Shown one piece after another: positions 50,439 to 60,330 of a stretch of DNA of 64,000 nt; positions within the stretch are counted from its first letter, which is position 1; every line of letters starts with the position of its first letter. The position numbers were made by a program, and so were the translations under genes. The notes under the pieces are model-generated. The model ran no database searches and was not told the DNA's origin. It worked only from the letters and a program-made list of their open reading frames with translations. The stretch is from Acidilobaceae archaeon (lineage in GTDB: Archaea > Thermoproteota > Thermoprotei_A > Sulfolobales > Acidilobaceae). The stretch lies in contig JAWBBK010000001.1 in the NCBI GenBank assembly GCA_038824665.1, positions 160,001 through 224,000 of the forward strand. The letters are read 5' to 3'.

Positions 50439-50537
50439 TGGAGCCGCCGGCGGGATTTGAACCCGCGACCACCGGCTTACAAGGCCGGCGCTTTCGGCCC
50501 GCGCAGGCTTTGGTCTACCGAGCTGAGCTACGGCGGC
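50439..50537 (-). tRNA. tRNA-Thr(TGT) with 22-nt D-arm intron (50493-50514, position ~22/23)
   Basis: Anticodon arm CCGGC-CTTGTAA-GCCGG; removing the insert restores D-stem GCTC/GAGC; BHB-like CGGU/GCCG helix with AGA and AAA bulges; encoded CCA. Confidence 0.93.
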
Positions 50538-50580
50538 TCCTTCTTTTTACTTATTCTTTTCAACTCGCTTTTAACGTTTG

Positions 50581-51228
50581 CTATTTACGACTGCCACCAC
50601 GTTTCCTGCTGTTCAGGGCTAGACGTAGAGTCAGGCTTAGCGAGACTCCTAAGGATATAGTGAGGATGGCTAAAGAAAGCCTGGCATACATCAGAGCTTC
50701 TTCTAGCACGCATAGAGAGTCTCCAATACATCTAAACACTCGAGGCTCCTCGCTTCCGAAAAGAAGGGGGACGTTCTCTGAGGGGCTGGTCTTAGCTATT
50801 TTCTCCCAGAACTGCAGTTCGACGTTAGCTCCTTCCACAACAGCTAGCAGATAGCCGTCTCTGAAAACTAGCGTTAGAGGGACTCCGCTGACTATCCCTA
50901 TGAGACCAGACCTCTGAAGGAAGTTTACTAGCTTCTCGTAACAGTCCTCTTGTTTAAGGATGTCGCACTCTACGTAAGAGCTTGGGTACTGCTCGCTAAA
51001 GAATCGAAGCTGACGAGCGCAATAGGGGCAACCCTCTACTACAAAGCAGAAAAACGTCAATCCTCTTTCAGAAACCCCTAGACTTTCTCCAAGGGACTTC
51101 TGATCTTCAAGCTTCATCTCAAAACCTTTCACGGCTTCTATTCGGGCCGGGAGAGGCCATAGGAGCAGAAGTGCCGCTAGAACGAAAGCGACTGCTAGCG
51201 GTAGGAGAGTTATTCTAGTAGAGGTCAC
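50581..51228 (-). CDS. Membrane-anchored thioredoxin/glutaredoxin-like protein
   Basis: Signal peptide, CPYC, cis-Pro motif GVP, C-terminal TM. Confidence 0.75.
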   Translation of the reverse strand: MTSTRITLLPLAVAFVLAALLLLWPLPARIEAVKGFEMKLEDQKSLGESLGVSERGLTFFCFVVEGCPYCARQLRFFSEQYPSSYVECDILKQEDCYEKLVNFLQRSGLIGIVSGVPLTLVFRDGYLLAVVEGANVELQFWEKIAKTSPSENVPLLFGSEEPRVFRCIGDSLCVLEEALMYARLSLAILTISLGVSLSLTLRLALNSRKRGGSRK

Positions 51229-51283
51229 ACAAGTTCCCCACAGCGAGCGCTAAGCCTTTCAGCTACTTATCTCTATACTAGAG

Positions 51284-52684
51284 CTAGCCCAAGAATCCTC
51301 TTATCCTACCGAGAGCCAGAGCTACGGCTTCAGAGGGACCTAATGAAAGTATTGTCGCATATGTTTCGTTTCTCTCAGGCTTGATCCCTAAGATGTCTAG
51401 AGCGTTATTCACTGTATTCACTATATTCGAGCCCAACCTCTTCTCTACGGCTTGAGGTACGTAAAAGAGAGAATCGAGATTCCACTCTCTTTCTAGGCTC
51501 GGTAGGATTTTAAGCAGATCATCGAGAAAGCCTTCGTTGTATGCTTGCACAATGAAGCTAGCGTCTAATAAAGTAGGAGGTAGACCTAACAAGTACCAGG
51601 TAGAGGTATATATTATAGCTCGCGGCATATGGAAAGGTCCGTTGTCGCTTTCTATAACCCTTCCGTAGGTCTTCCATGAAACCCTGTCTCTAGTCGTTGG
51701 GATATGCTTGGCGAAGTCTGAAACTGTTGTAGCGTATTTAGCGAGAAGACTTCTATATGCCGAACGTGCTTTTTCAGCTATGCTAAGAGCTTCATCTTCG
51801 ATTTTTCTCGATACTTCATCAATCTTCTCGAGTATTGTCATCCTGACCTTGTTGTAATCGTTCATGCTAACATCGTAACGCACAGCGGATTGTACGGTTG
51901 CAGTTGAGTAACCTGAGTACTGCTCCACTTCAACATCGACGAGTTCGGGATTGTTTATACCTCCTCTAAAAGGAGGAGAACCCATACCTATGATCGGCTT
52001 GACCGACAAAGAGAGACTCGTCGAGAGGTCGTGGAGTCTATTTAAAGCGTGAAGTAAAGCTATAGCTGAAGCTATGTGTCCGCTTTTGACAGCGGTGTCG
52101 CTCTTCCCTAGAAATATCCTTACATAGCCTAGGTCTTCCTGTTCTGTTTGTAATGCTACTTTAAGAGCTTCAGCTATAGAACTGGCTCTAGTCAGTGACT
52201 CATAACTTTCAAGCAACGGGACTAGCACTACAGGCTCGACCTTTATGTTGAACTCTTCATTGAAGAGACGAGTCTTCTTCGTCAAGATTCTCTGAATGAG
52301 AGCTACTAGCTCTCCAGATTCTGTCATTGGGAGAACTACCCATCTGACAGCCTGGACTCCTCCGTTCTTCATAGAATAATAGTTAGCTACTAGAGCCGCC
52401 TCTATAGAAAGCATCACTCTATCGATCTCTTCTAGCTGAGGGTTGGGAATTCTGACCGTAAGATAAAAACTTTCTCCTAGGTCTATGTTATGTGCTAAGG
52501 CTTTTTCAACTATGTCTTTGGGTTGTGAGTAAGGAGTCAGCTTACCTTCGTAATCTATCATGACCTCTTCGCATCCGTAGTGTATTCTAGCTTGGATAGC
52601 TTCAGTTATCTCGTCTTGAGCGGAGAGCCTAATCGTAGAGTCTGGATGTTGTGTACACATCAGCCTAGGAGTTCTTACTCCCAA
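51284..52684 (-). CDS. ppcA: Archaeal phosphoenolpyruvate carboxylase
   Basis: PRLMCTQHPD, DYEGKLTP, RIFLGKSD, GMGSPPFRG, TVQSAVRYD, PRAI. Confidence 0.96.
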   Translation of the reverse strand: MGVRTPRLMCTQHPDSTIRLSAQDEITEAIQARIHYGCEEVMIDYEGKLTPYSQPKDIVEKALAHNIDLGESFYLTVRIPNPQLEEIDRVMLSIEAALVANYYSMKNGGVQAVRWVVLPMTESGELVALIQRILTKKTRLFNEEFNIKVEPVVLVPLLESYESLTRASSIAEALKVALQTEQEDLGYVRIFLGKSDTAVKSGHIASAIALLHALNRLHDLSTSLSLSVKPIIGMGSPPFRGGINNPELVDVEVEQYSGYSTATVQSAVRYDVSMNDYNKVRMTILEKIDEVSRKIEDEALSIAEKARSAYRSLLAKYATTVSDFAKHIPTTRDRVSWKTYGRVIESDNGPFHMPRAIIYTSTWYLLGLPPTLLDASFIVQAYNEGFLDDLLKILPSLEREWNLDSLFYVPQAVEKRLGSNIVNTVNNALDILGIKPERNETYATILSLGPSEAVALALGRIRGFLG

Positions 52685-52779
52685 ATAGAGCCCAAACCGA
52701 GGCTAAAGACCAGAGCCTAAATCGCTTTCTTTAGCTAACAGTCTAAAACGTTAATAGAGATGGCTTTCCAAACAAAGAA

Positions 52780-52836
52780 GGAGTGCTGAGCTCGGCGTAG
52801 CTGAGAACTCGATGAAGAAGGTCTTGAGTGCTGAGA
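52780..52836 (+). ncRNA. Candidate box C/D guide sRNA
   Basis: C GTGCTGA 52783-52789, D' CTGA 52801-52804, C' ATGAAGA 52812-52818, D CTGA 52831-52834; 11- and 12-nt guides; AAAACGTTAATA promoter-like element upstream. Confidence 0.6.
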
Positions 52837-54195
52837 TTAGGGTGTCAATCTCTCCAAGTCTCTAGGCAAGAGCCTCGCTTCTCTTATATTCAGAAGGCCT
52901 AGAGTCTGCATCACGATCCTCTCTAAGCCAATCCCAGCTCCTCCGTGCGGCGGGACCCCGTGCTTGAAGAACTCCAAGTAGAACTCGAAGTCTTCTGTTC
53001 TCATCCCCTTGTCTCTTAAGTTTTCAAGCAACTTCTCGTATCTGTGCTCTCTTTGACCTCCTGTAGCGACCTCCATTCCTCTCATCAAGAGATCGAAGCT
53101 ATACGTCCACTCAGGCTCGTCCTCTTTTCTCATAGTGTAAAAAGGTCTTACGCGCCACGGGTATTCGATGATGAAAACGAAGTCTGAATTGTATTTCTCC
53201 TTAGCGTACTGGCCTAAGAGCTTCTCCGCTTCACTGTCTAGGTCCTCACCATAAGGTATTCGTTTATTGAACTCCTCTTCTAAGATCTTGTATGCATCTC
53301 TCATCCTGATCTTCGGAAAGCCTTCTGGAGGAGCGCGAGGAGGCTCGACGTTATGGGTTTCAAGTATCTTCTTGATCTCTTCGTTTTCTAAAATAGATTT
53401 GGTGAGGTAAGCGAAGAACCCTTCTACGAACTTCATCACGTCTTCATAAGACTTGATGAAACCTACTTCTATGTCTAGAGAGTGGTACTCGTTCAGATGT
53501 CTCGTAGTGTTGTGAGGCTCTGCTCTGTAGACAGGTCCTATCTCAAAGACTCTTTCGAAACCGGCTATCACTCCCATCTGTTTGTAGAACTGGGGACTCT
53601 GAGCCAGGTAAACGGTCTTCCCAAAGTATATGACGGGAAACAGGTTAGCTCCTCCCTCAGTTCCCGTGGCCACTATCTTCGGGGTAAATATCTCGACAAA
53701 GCCTTGCTTAGAGAAGTACTCTCTGAACTTAGCCGCTACCCAAGCTTTGAATAGAAAGATGGACTGAACTTCCAAGTTCCTGAGGTCCAACCATCTGTAT
53801 CTCAACCTCGTAGGCAGGCTGGCCTTTCTAGAGGTTTTGACTTCGAGAGGAAGAGGCTCTATAGGTGTTGAGAGAACCAAGAGATCAGATACAGCTATCT
53901 CACAGCCTTCTTTAGTAGGGGCAGATCTCAAAATACCTTCTGCACAAACTACGTCCTCTTCTCTTAAGTCAGAAGCCTTCTGAAACACGGGTTCAGGAGT
54001 TTCTCCTTTTTTAGCCACGACCTGTATGAGACCTGTTCTATCTCTTAGCACCAAGAACTTAACGTTGCCTAGGTCTCTAACCCTGTGTATCCAGCCGCAC
54101 GCTCTGACTTTGTTACCGAACAGCTTCTGAGCGTTCGCTACGATATCTTTTATGAACATGTCTTTATACAATCCTTTCACCGCGTTCGTGAACAT
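52837..54195 (-). CDS. aspS: Aspartyl-tRNA synthetase, probably non-discriminating
   Basis: GWIHRVRDLG, YLAQSPQFYKQ, YRAE..RHLNE, PPHGG.GLER; His and L1-loop Pro fit the ND type; start probably ~54171/54159. Confidence 0.96.
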   Translation of the reverse strand: MFTNAVKGLYKDMFIKDIVANAQKLFGNKVRACGWIHRVRDLGNVKFLVLRDRTGLIQVVAKKGETPEPVFQKASDLREEDVVCAEGILRSAPTKEGCEIAVSDLLVLSTPIEPLPLEVKTSRKASLPTRLRYRWLDLRNLEVQSIFLFKAWVAAKFREYFSKQGFVEIFTPKIVATGTEGGANLFPVIYFGKTVYLAQSPQFYKQMGVIAGFERVFEIGPVYRAEPHNTTRHLNEYHSLDIEVGFIKSYEDVMKFVEGFFAYLTKSILENEEIKKILETHNVEPPRAPPEGFPKIRMRDAYKILEEEFNKRIPYGEDLDSEAEKLLGQYAKEKYNSDFVFIIEYPWRVRPFYTMRKEDEPEWTYSFDLLMRGMEVATGGQREHRYEKLLENLRDKGMRTEDFEFYLEFFKHGVPPHGGAGIGLERIVMQTLGLLNIREARLLPRDLERLTP

Positions 54196-54209
54196 TAAAA
54201 GAACTCGTT

Positions 54210-54791
54210 TTAAGTCTCTTCGGTCTTCTTAGATTCTAACGCTTCCTCTTCTAACGTTTCCTCCAACCCACCTAAACCTATGAATATCAGAGTCCTGTAC
54301 TCAGAAAGGAGGGCTCTGAAACTCTCGTAATCGAGCTTCTCCATCCCTTTAGAAGTCATTTGTCCTTTCAGCAACAGTTCGACTAACCTTTTCTGCCATA
54401 CGTCACCTTCTACTTTAATCTCGTAGGTTCCGTCTTCAAACCTCTTGTACCTTAAGATTATGGGTAGCTTAACTAAGTCCCAAACGTATGGAGGAACTTT
54501 GGATAGGACGTTTCGAATCTCTTTTTCTTCGAACTCGTGTACGTTCCCGCTTTGAAGTCTAAGGAACCTCCTGCCTTTAGAGACCTCTTTTAACGTAACT
54601 GACTCTGCAGGCCAGAGCTTAGCTATTCTTTTAAGTATCTCCTCATATTTTTTATCTAGAAAATCAGGAACTCTTCTAGACAGACTAGCACACCCTCTCG
54701 TTTTTGAACAAACGGAGATTATATTGCTATAGTGACTTAGATAGAGGTCGTTCTTCTTAAGGTTTAGCTGAGAGTCTGTTTGAGAGGCCAC
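54210..54791 (-). CDS. DUF61 (UPF0216) family protein
   Basis: WP..VTLKE, HEF..E, KLPIIL, YRTLIF; real start may be CTG 54683 after SD GAGGGTG. Confidence 0.75.
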   Translation of the reverse strand: MASQTDSQLNLKKNDLYLSHYSNIISVCSKTRGCASLSRRVPDFLDKKYEEILKRIAKLWPAESVTLKEVSKGRRFLRLQSGNVHEFEEKEIRNVLSKVPPYVWDLVKLPIILRYKRFEDGTYEIKVEGDVWQKRLVELLLKGQMTSKGMEKLDYESFRALLSEYRTLIFIGLGGLEETLEEEALESKKTEET

Positions 54792-54849
54792 AGGGTCTCG
54801 CGAAACGCTAATTAATAGTTCTCCTTCCTTAAGGACTGAGGGAGAGGAG

Positions 54850-55296
54850 TTGACCAGCAGAGGAGAGGACCAGCGCGTTTCTCTGCTCAGAGACTACGAG
54901 TGGTTACTAAATAGACTCTATCAGAAAGTGCCTCCAAAAAGCGGAGTTGCAGGCGTGATCTTGCCAGAGCCGGAGGTAGTCGTGGCCGGTAACCAGACTA
55001 TATTGAGAAACTTGAGGGAGATAGCTAGTGCTCTTAAGAGAGACCCTGAGCTAGTGGCTAGATATCTGCTCAGAGAACTTGCCACAGGAGGTTACTACGA
55101 TACAGAGAGCGTTCAGCTAACTCTAAACACTAAGGTATCTGGCAAAGTCTTAAAGAAAGTCTTAGAGAACTTCGAGAAGCTTTACGTAAGATGCCCTACT
55201 TGCAACAGCGTTGATACTAAGATCGAAAGAAGAGGGAAGGTCTGGATTCTCATATGTGAAGCGTGCGGAGCTGAACAACCAGTTAGACCTGTTTAA
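54850..55296 (+). CDS. eif2b: Translation initiation factor 2 beta subunit
   Basis: DYEWLLNRLY, NQTILRN, RELAT, YVRCPTCNSVDT, CEACGA. Confidence 0.96.
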   Translation: MTSRGEDQRVSLLRDYEWLLNRLYQKVPPKSGVAGVILPEPEVVVAGNQTILRNLREIASALKRDPELVARYLLRELATGGYYDTESVQLTLNTKVSGKVLKKVLENFEKLYVRCPTCNSVDTKIERRGKVWILICEACGAEQPVRPV

Positions 55297-55346
55297 CCAA
55301 GTCTAGTCAAAAGCTCTGATTTCATGGAGAAGGGAGGTGCAACCCA

Positions 55347-56303
55347 GTGGAGTACGTGTTTCTCGGCTCTACGGACCTCAAGATCTCCAGAATAGGCCTA
55401 GGCACCTGGCAGTTCAGCGAAACGTGGGGACTTACGGATTACAAGAAGGCTAAAGCGGTCATAGAAGAAGCTTTGAGACAGGGGATCAACTTCTTCGATA
55501 CAGCTATGGCGTATGGGAATGGGCTGAGCGAGAGCTTTTTGGGAAGAGCTCTAAAAGAGCTTCAGGTCAAGAGAGACGAAGTGGTTATAGTCACCAAGAT
55601 CCCAGGTGAGCTTCTAAGACCTCACGACATTATGAAGGCTATAGAGAGGTCTCTCTCAAGACTTCAGTTAAACGAAATCGATGTGTTACTAGTCCACTGG
55701 CCTCCCTGCTGGGATCACATACCTACGTGTACATACATGAGAACTCTCGAGAGACTATCGGCTCTAGGCAAGGTTGGCTATTTGGGGCTAAGCGATTACC
55801 CGATAGAGCTGGTAGAGTCTGCTAGACAGTGCCTGGCTCGAGCAGATATCGAGGTCTTGCAGGTGAAGTTCAATTTAGTGGAGAGAGAGGCTGAAGAGGA
55901 ACACATACCTTATGCAGAGGCCAACGGGATGACCGTTATGGCTTGGAGCCCTCTAGCTAAAGGAGCTCTAACGGGCAAATACACTTTGGAAGATCTTGAT
56001 AGGCTCGGAGACTTAAGAGCTAGTGATCCGCTGTTTTCTAAAGAAAACTACTCTAAAGTTCTTGAGCTAGTTGAAGTCGTTAGAAGTGTGGGGAAGAAGT
56101 ACGAGAAGACTCCTGCTCAAGTGGCTCTCAACTGGCTTATATCCTATAGCGATGTGATCGTTCCGATACCTGGAGCTAAGTCTCCAGACCAAGTCAGAGA
56201 GAACGCTGGAGCCGTAGGCTGGAGCCTTTCGTATAACGATTGGCTTCTCTTAAACGAAGCCTCCAGAAGGGTGACAGCTCAGATAAGCTATGCTGTTTGG
56301 TGA
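55347..56303 (+). CDS. Aldo/keto reductase
   Basis: IGLGTWQF, FDTAMAYG, VTK, VHWP, WSPLAKG, PIPGAKS..ENA. Confidence 0.95.
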   Translation: MEYVFLGSTDLKISRIGLGTWQFSETWGLTDYKKAKAVIEEALRQGINFFDTAMAYGNGLSESFLGRALKELQVKRDEVVIVTKIPGELLRPHDIMKAIERSLSRLQLNEIDVLLVHWPPCWDHIPTCTYMRTLERLSALGKVGYLGLSDYPIELVESARQCLARADIEVLQVKFNLVEREAEEEHIPYAEANGMTVMAWSPLAKGALTGKYTLEDLDRLGDLRASDPLFSKENYSKVLELVEVVRSVGKKYEKTPAQVALNWLISYSDVIVPIPGAKSPDQVRENAGAVGWSLSYNDWLLLNEASRRVTAQISYAVW

Positions 56304-57469
56304 ACCTAAAAGCTATGGAGATCTGCGGAACCCCTCTAGACTACGACCTTGGTTTACTTGAAGTTCTAGAGTCTACATCAGGTCCTCTTTGTTCTCTCTT
56401 AAGGAGTCTGACCAGACCTGCTCCCAGACTCTACATCAGGGTGAACACTCTAAAGATAGATCCTGAAGAATATCGGGAACTCTTGAAGAGCTCAGGCTAC
56501 GGGTTCGAAAGAGATGAGGAGTTAAACGAAGCTCTGTGGACTCCAGTAGAAGGTCCCTTCAGGATAACAGTTTACGACAAGAAGGTGGTAGCTGATAAAG
56601 TAGCGAGTGAGTCGGTCTTGATGGGTAGCGATCTCTACCTTCCAGGAGTCCTAGAGGCTAGCGGAATCAAAGAGGGAGACTTAGTGACAGTCTACTCTCC
56701 CAACGGAGTCCCAGTGGGCTCAGGAGTTGCTGTGAGGAGCTGGAAGGAGAGCTTAAAGAAAGATAAAGGACTTTTCATCAAGATAACAGAGCCTGTTTAC
56801 AGAGCTCCTCGAGTCTCTGAACTCCCTGGTTACGGAGAACTCTGTTACGGTCAGTCAGTGACGTCTATGTACGTAGCGAAAATGTTGAACCCAAAGCCAG
56901 GAGAGATCATAGTAGACTTCAACGCAGCTCCAGGAGGCAAGATAGGACATGTGGCTCAACTTGTGGGACCTAAGGCAACGATCATAGGCATAGACAGACC
57001 CAACAAGATCGACAAGTTGAGAAGAGTCTTGGAGACGCTAGGAGCGAACTGGGTTAGAACGTTAGGAGGAGACTCGAGGAGGGCTTCAGAGCTTTTAGGA
57101 GAGCTCTCAGGCAAAGTAGACGCTGTACTCATAGATCCTCCTTGTACCGATATAGGGGTAATTCCCAAGGTCTACGACAGAAAGACTCTGAAAGAAGCGG
57201 TAGCTATAGCTAGGTACCAGGTGCAGTTCGTTAGAGAGGCTCATAGGGTTTTAAGGAAAGGGGGAAGACTTGTGTACTCTACCTGCACTCTCACAGACGT
57301 GGAGAACGAGGCTGTGGTAGAGTATGCTCTGAGCTTAGGGTTCGAGCTAGAAGAGCCTGAGTTCAGACCTAGAGTCAGAGGAAGGGACACAGGTTATGGG
57401 TTTCGCTTTGCTCCCCACGTGGACTTTACGCCCGGTTTCTTTGTAAGCCTTCTCTTAATCAAGAAGTGA
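56240..57469 (+). CDS. RsmB/NOP2 family RNA m5C methyltransferase with PUA domain (NSUN6-like)
   Basis: YIRVNTLK, PUA LYLPGV, DFNAAPGGK, DPPCT, YSTCT..ENE; true start ~56300-56315. Confidence 0.93.
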   Translation: MASLKRSLQKGDSSDKLCCLVNLKAMEICGTPLDYDLGLLEVLESTSGPLCSLLRSLTRPAPRLYIRVNTLKIDPEEYRELLKSSGYGFERDEELNEALWTPVEGPFRITVYDKKVVADKVASESVLMGSDLYLPGVLEASGIKEGDLVTVYSPNGVPVGSGVAVRSWKESLKKDKGLFIKITEPVYRAPRVSELPGYGELCYGQSVTSMYVAKMLNPKPGEIIVDFNAAPGGKIGHVAQLVGPKATIIGIDRPNKIDKLRRVLETLGANWVRTLGGDSRRASELLGELSGKVDAVLIDPPCTDIGVIPKVYDRKTLKEAVAIARYQVQFVREAHRVLRKGGRLVYSTCTLTDVENEAVVEYALSLGFELEEPEFRPRVRGRDTGYGFRFAPHVDFTPGFFVSLLLIKK

Positions 57470-57696
57470 ACCGCTACAGACTTCGATATAGCGGGTTTTT
57501 CCCGAAGACTCTCTCAGTCGTCAAGAAGGTCATGAATAGAAGAACATAGCTCAGAACGTCAATCTCTTGCTTGACACAGGTCGTCTAGAGAACTTCTCAC
57601 CACTTCTCATCTATCTATTTGTTTCAACTCTCTGTTTTACGAGATAGTAGCTAAATCTTTAAGCTCAGCTAGAGATCGCTTAGTGGTGGTCAGGAA

Positions 57697-58410
57697 GTGT
57701 CTTCTTCGCAGAAAACCCTCAGAACAGGAATAGTTGTAGCTGGAGCTTATGCAGATAAGGTCAGAAGAACGCTATTTGCTCAGACTAAAGACTTAGTGAA
57801 AAGCGGAGAACTCTCTCCTCAAGAGGTCGCTAGAGCAGCAGGAGAGCTCAACAGATTGCTTTACGAGATCCTTGTAGCTGAACTCAAAACTGAAAAAGGA
57901 GATGCTGTGAGGATCACGGTAGATTACAAAATAGAGGAGGGCAAGATAGTCTGGGACTTGAAAACGCTACAGATTCAGCTCTGGAAGGCCGTTTCTCAAA
58001 CTGAAGTGAATAAAGCAGTAGCGAAGATAGCTGCTGTAGCTACAGAACTCCTGTCTAAAGCTATTCGCTTTGAGACTGAAAAGGCGGTAGAACTCGTAAG
58101 CGGAGACCTGGTCTACTTAGTCAAGTACGGAGGCAGAGACGTGGGGGCTCTGGTAGTCACTCTAGCTAGCGAAGACAAGGCTATAATTAGAGGCGCTGTC
58201 TTAGAGCCTACGCCTCTATTGCTTAGAAGAACTCTCTTCACCTTCGCTGGAGACATAGATGAATTCATGAAAACCAACGTGTCACAGATCTTGAGCAAAG
58301 CTGTCAACGTTGAGTACAGAGAAGCCGATAAGATGGTGAGAGAGATCAAAGCTATGGTCAGAGCGGAGATAGAGGCTAAAGAGGCCGAGTTTGAAGAAGA
58401 GGAAGAGTGA
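57697..58410 (+). CDS. DUF2258 / ThermoDBP-related single-stranded nucleic-acid binding protein
   Basis: LRTGIVVAGAYADKVRRTLFAQ, RAAGELN, KGDAVRITVDY; acidic tail. Confidence 0.9.
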   Translation: MSSSQKTLRTGIVVAGAYADKVRRTLFAQTKDLVKSGELSPQEVARAAGELNRLLYEILVAELKTEKGDAVRITVDYKIEEGKIVWDLKTLQIQLWKAVSQTEVNKAVAKIAAVATELLSKAIRFETEKAVELVSGDLVYLVKYGGRDVGALVVTLASEDKAIIRGAVLEPTPLLLRRTLFTFAGDIDEFMKTNVSQILSKAVNVEYREADKMVREIKAMVRAEIEAKEAEFEEEEE

Positions 58411-58412
58411 AG

Positions 58413-58445
58413 GATAGCTCGAGCTATCTCTTCTTCTTCTTTCTT
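58413..58445 (+). terminator. Palindrome plus pyrimidine tract after the DUF2258 gene
   Basis: GATAGCTCGAGCTATC followed by TCTTCTTCTTCTTTCTT. Confidence 0.4.
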
Positions 58446-58652
58446 ACATCAAGAGCTTCTGCAAACTTCTACAGCTCATCACAAATCTCGAATAGATAGA
58501 ACATCAGACGAGGTTAAGAGACACCTAATCATATTTAGAGATGAAAGAGATGAGATCAAATTTAAAGAAGAGTTAAAAAAGTCTCAGCAGGATCTTGCTC
58601 ATAGTTCTTCATTTCTAACGCTAGTCTCATAATCACTTGTTTCTCACGGTCT

Positions 58653-59956
58653 TCACGAACTTCTTGCCAAAGAGACTCTTTGTAGTTGTTGGTCATCTTT
58701 CTCAGCTATTTTGTCTAGAACGATCTTCTCTTCCAATGCTATCTCACTATAGAGTTTGACTTTAGGCTCGCCAACGCTTACATCTCTAGCTTCTAATAGC
58801 TCTAGAACTTTCTGAGCTAAAGCTTCAACGTCTGATTCTCTCACTAAGTACAAACCATCAACATCACCATAATTCAGCTTAAGAGCTGGGATATCGTAAG
58901 CAACGACTGGAACACCCATGAGTAAAGACTCAGCAACAGAGTACGAGTACGAATCTGCATGACTTGGATAGAGCGTAAGCTTAGCATTGCGTCTCAAAAG
59001 AAAACTCTCACGTCTAGAGACGTAGCCTGTCATAATAATATTGTCCTTAAGGTTAAGCCTAGAAGCAATTCTCATAAGCCTCTTAACTATATCCTCTCTA
59101 CTGCGACCTACTATTAGCAACTTAAAGTCTTTACGCTCTCTAATAATGAGCCTAGTAGCTAGAATTAAGTCGGGTAGACCTTTTTGAATAGCGAGCCTAG
59201 AGGGAAACACAGCAATGGGTTTAGGGTAAACCTTGTGGAACCTAAGATTTTTAAGCAATGACACTTCGTCTTCATCAAATCCGTTTCCAGGTTTAAGAGA
59301 TAGAACTCTGCTATTCCAATTCTCGCCCATCTCTAAAGGAATCGATGGTGAAACAGCTAGGAGTCTATTGAACTTCTTGAGGTAATGGTCTACCGCCTTG
59401 TAGAACGTTTTGTTCCAAAATCTGTATAAAGACTTAGTATATATGATCCATGGAATATCACGTATATCTAGTTTGGACATAGTTAACAAATAATTGAACG
59501 CTTGGAATGCCCCCATAATGTTGTTAAGTCTAATCCTATCGCCGTAAAGAGGTGGTGATTGAAGAATAGCTAAGCTCTTTGAAGAATAGCTAAGCTCTTT
59601 AATGCCTGCGTCTCAGCCAGGCTAGCGGATAATCTTAAACTCTCGATAGTTTCATGATGGGAGACAAGAATATCAGTATCGATCTTTCCATGCTTTTCAA
59701 AGTAAAACGCTAGCCTTAAAGGTAATAGCGCAGTCTTCACGCTAACGGGTAACGGTAATCGCTCTAGAACCTTAGACGGTAAGGCGAATCCTATTGTAGG
59801 ACATCTCTCTTTAACTTCTCTAAGCGTTTGACTATTATAGCCTAGCAGGAGAGATTGACATTCAACCCCTGTCTTAGCTCTATACAATAACATCTTATAG
59901 GCTCTTAAGGTTCCTCCAGCGGACAGGTCCACGTTAGCTATTTCTAAAGTCTTCAC
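58653..59956 (-). pseudogene. GT4 family glycosyltransferase frameshifted by a 20-bp tandem duplication
   Basis: GG..RA N-terminus, SRL..QKG, YPSHADSYSYSVAESLLMGVPVVAYDIPA; removing one repeat copy at 59561-59600 puts both ORFs in frame (440-20=420 nt). Confidence 0.9.
59561..59600. repeat. Perfect 20-bp tandem duplication
   Basis: GAAGAATAGCTAAGCTCTTT x2. Confidence 0.98.
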
Positions 59957-59999
59957 GTTATAGTCTCCCTACAGTTTTGAGTGCTTCGTCTTTTATATT

Positions 60000-60330
60000 A
60001 TGAGAGTAGCGTTTACATCTTCTAGTAGTAATCTCGATATCTCTGAGCGCTTTAACAATGGTGCTTCTAGGAGTTCCAGTGAGTAGCTCGGTGTTTGATG
60101 TTCTCTCTTAACGACTCCTCTTCTTCATATTTTACATAAGTTTATTCTAACTTGAAGCAAAGCTCCTTGAAAAGCTTCTGGCTGGAGCCTGTGGAAACTA
60201 GCTGTATACAATCACACGATCTCATCATAATTGTTAACCACTACTAGGTTCAGCTTATTCGTGTTCACATCTGTACCCGCTACGTTGCTCTACATAGGCT
60301 TACGATCCTGATATAGTGACTAAGCACGCC
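60000..60330 (-). mobile_element. Degraded IS200/IS605 TnpB-like remnant
   Basis: Minus-strand translation from 60283, VAGTDVNTNKLNLVVVNNYDEIV*, resembles the RuvC-I motif of crenarchaeal TnpB-like proteins; multiple stops, boundaries approximate. Confidence 0.55.

Noticed and set aside
58446-58632. Stop-free stretch (..DEVKRHLIIFRDERDEIKFKEELKK..)
   Set aside because: No start codon and no recognisable family; at most an unidentifiable relic
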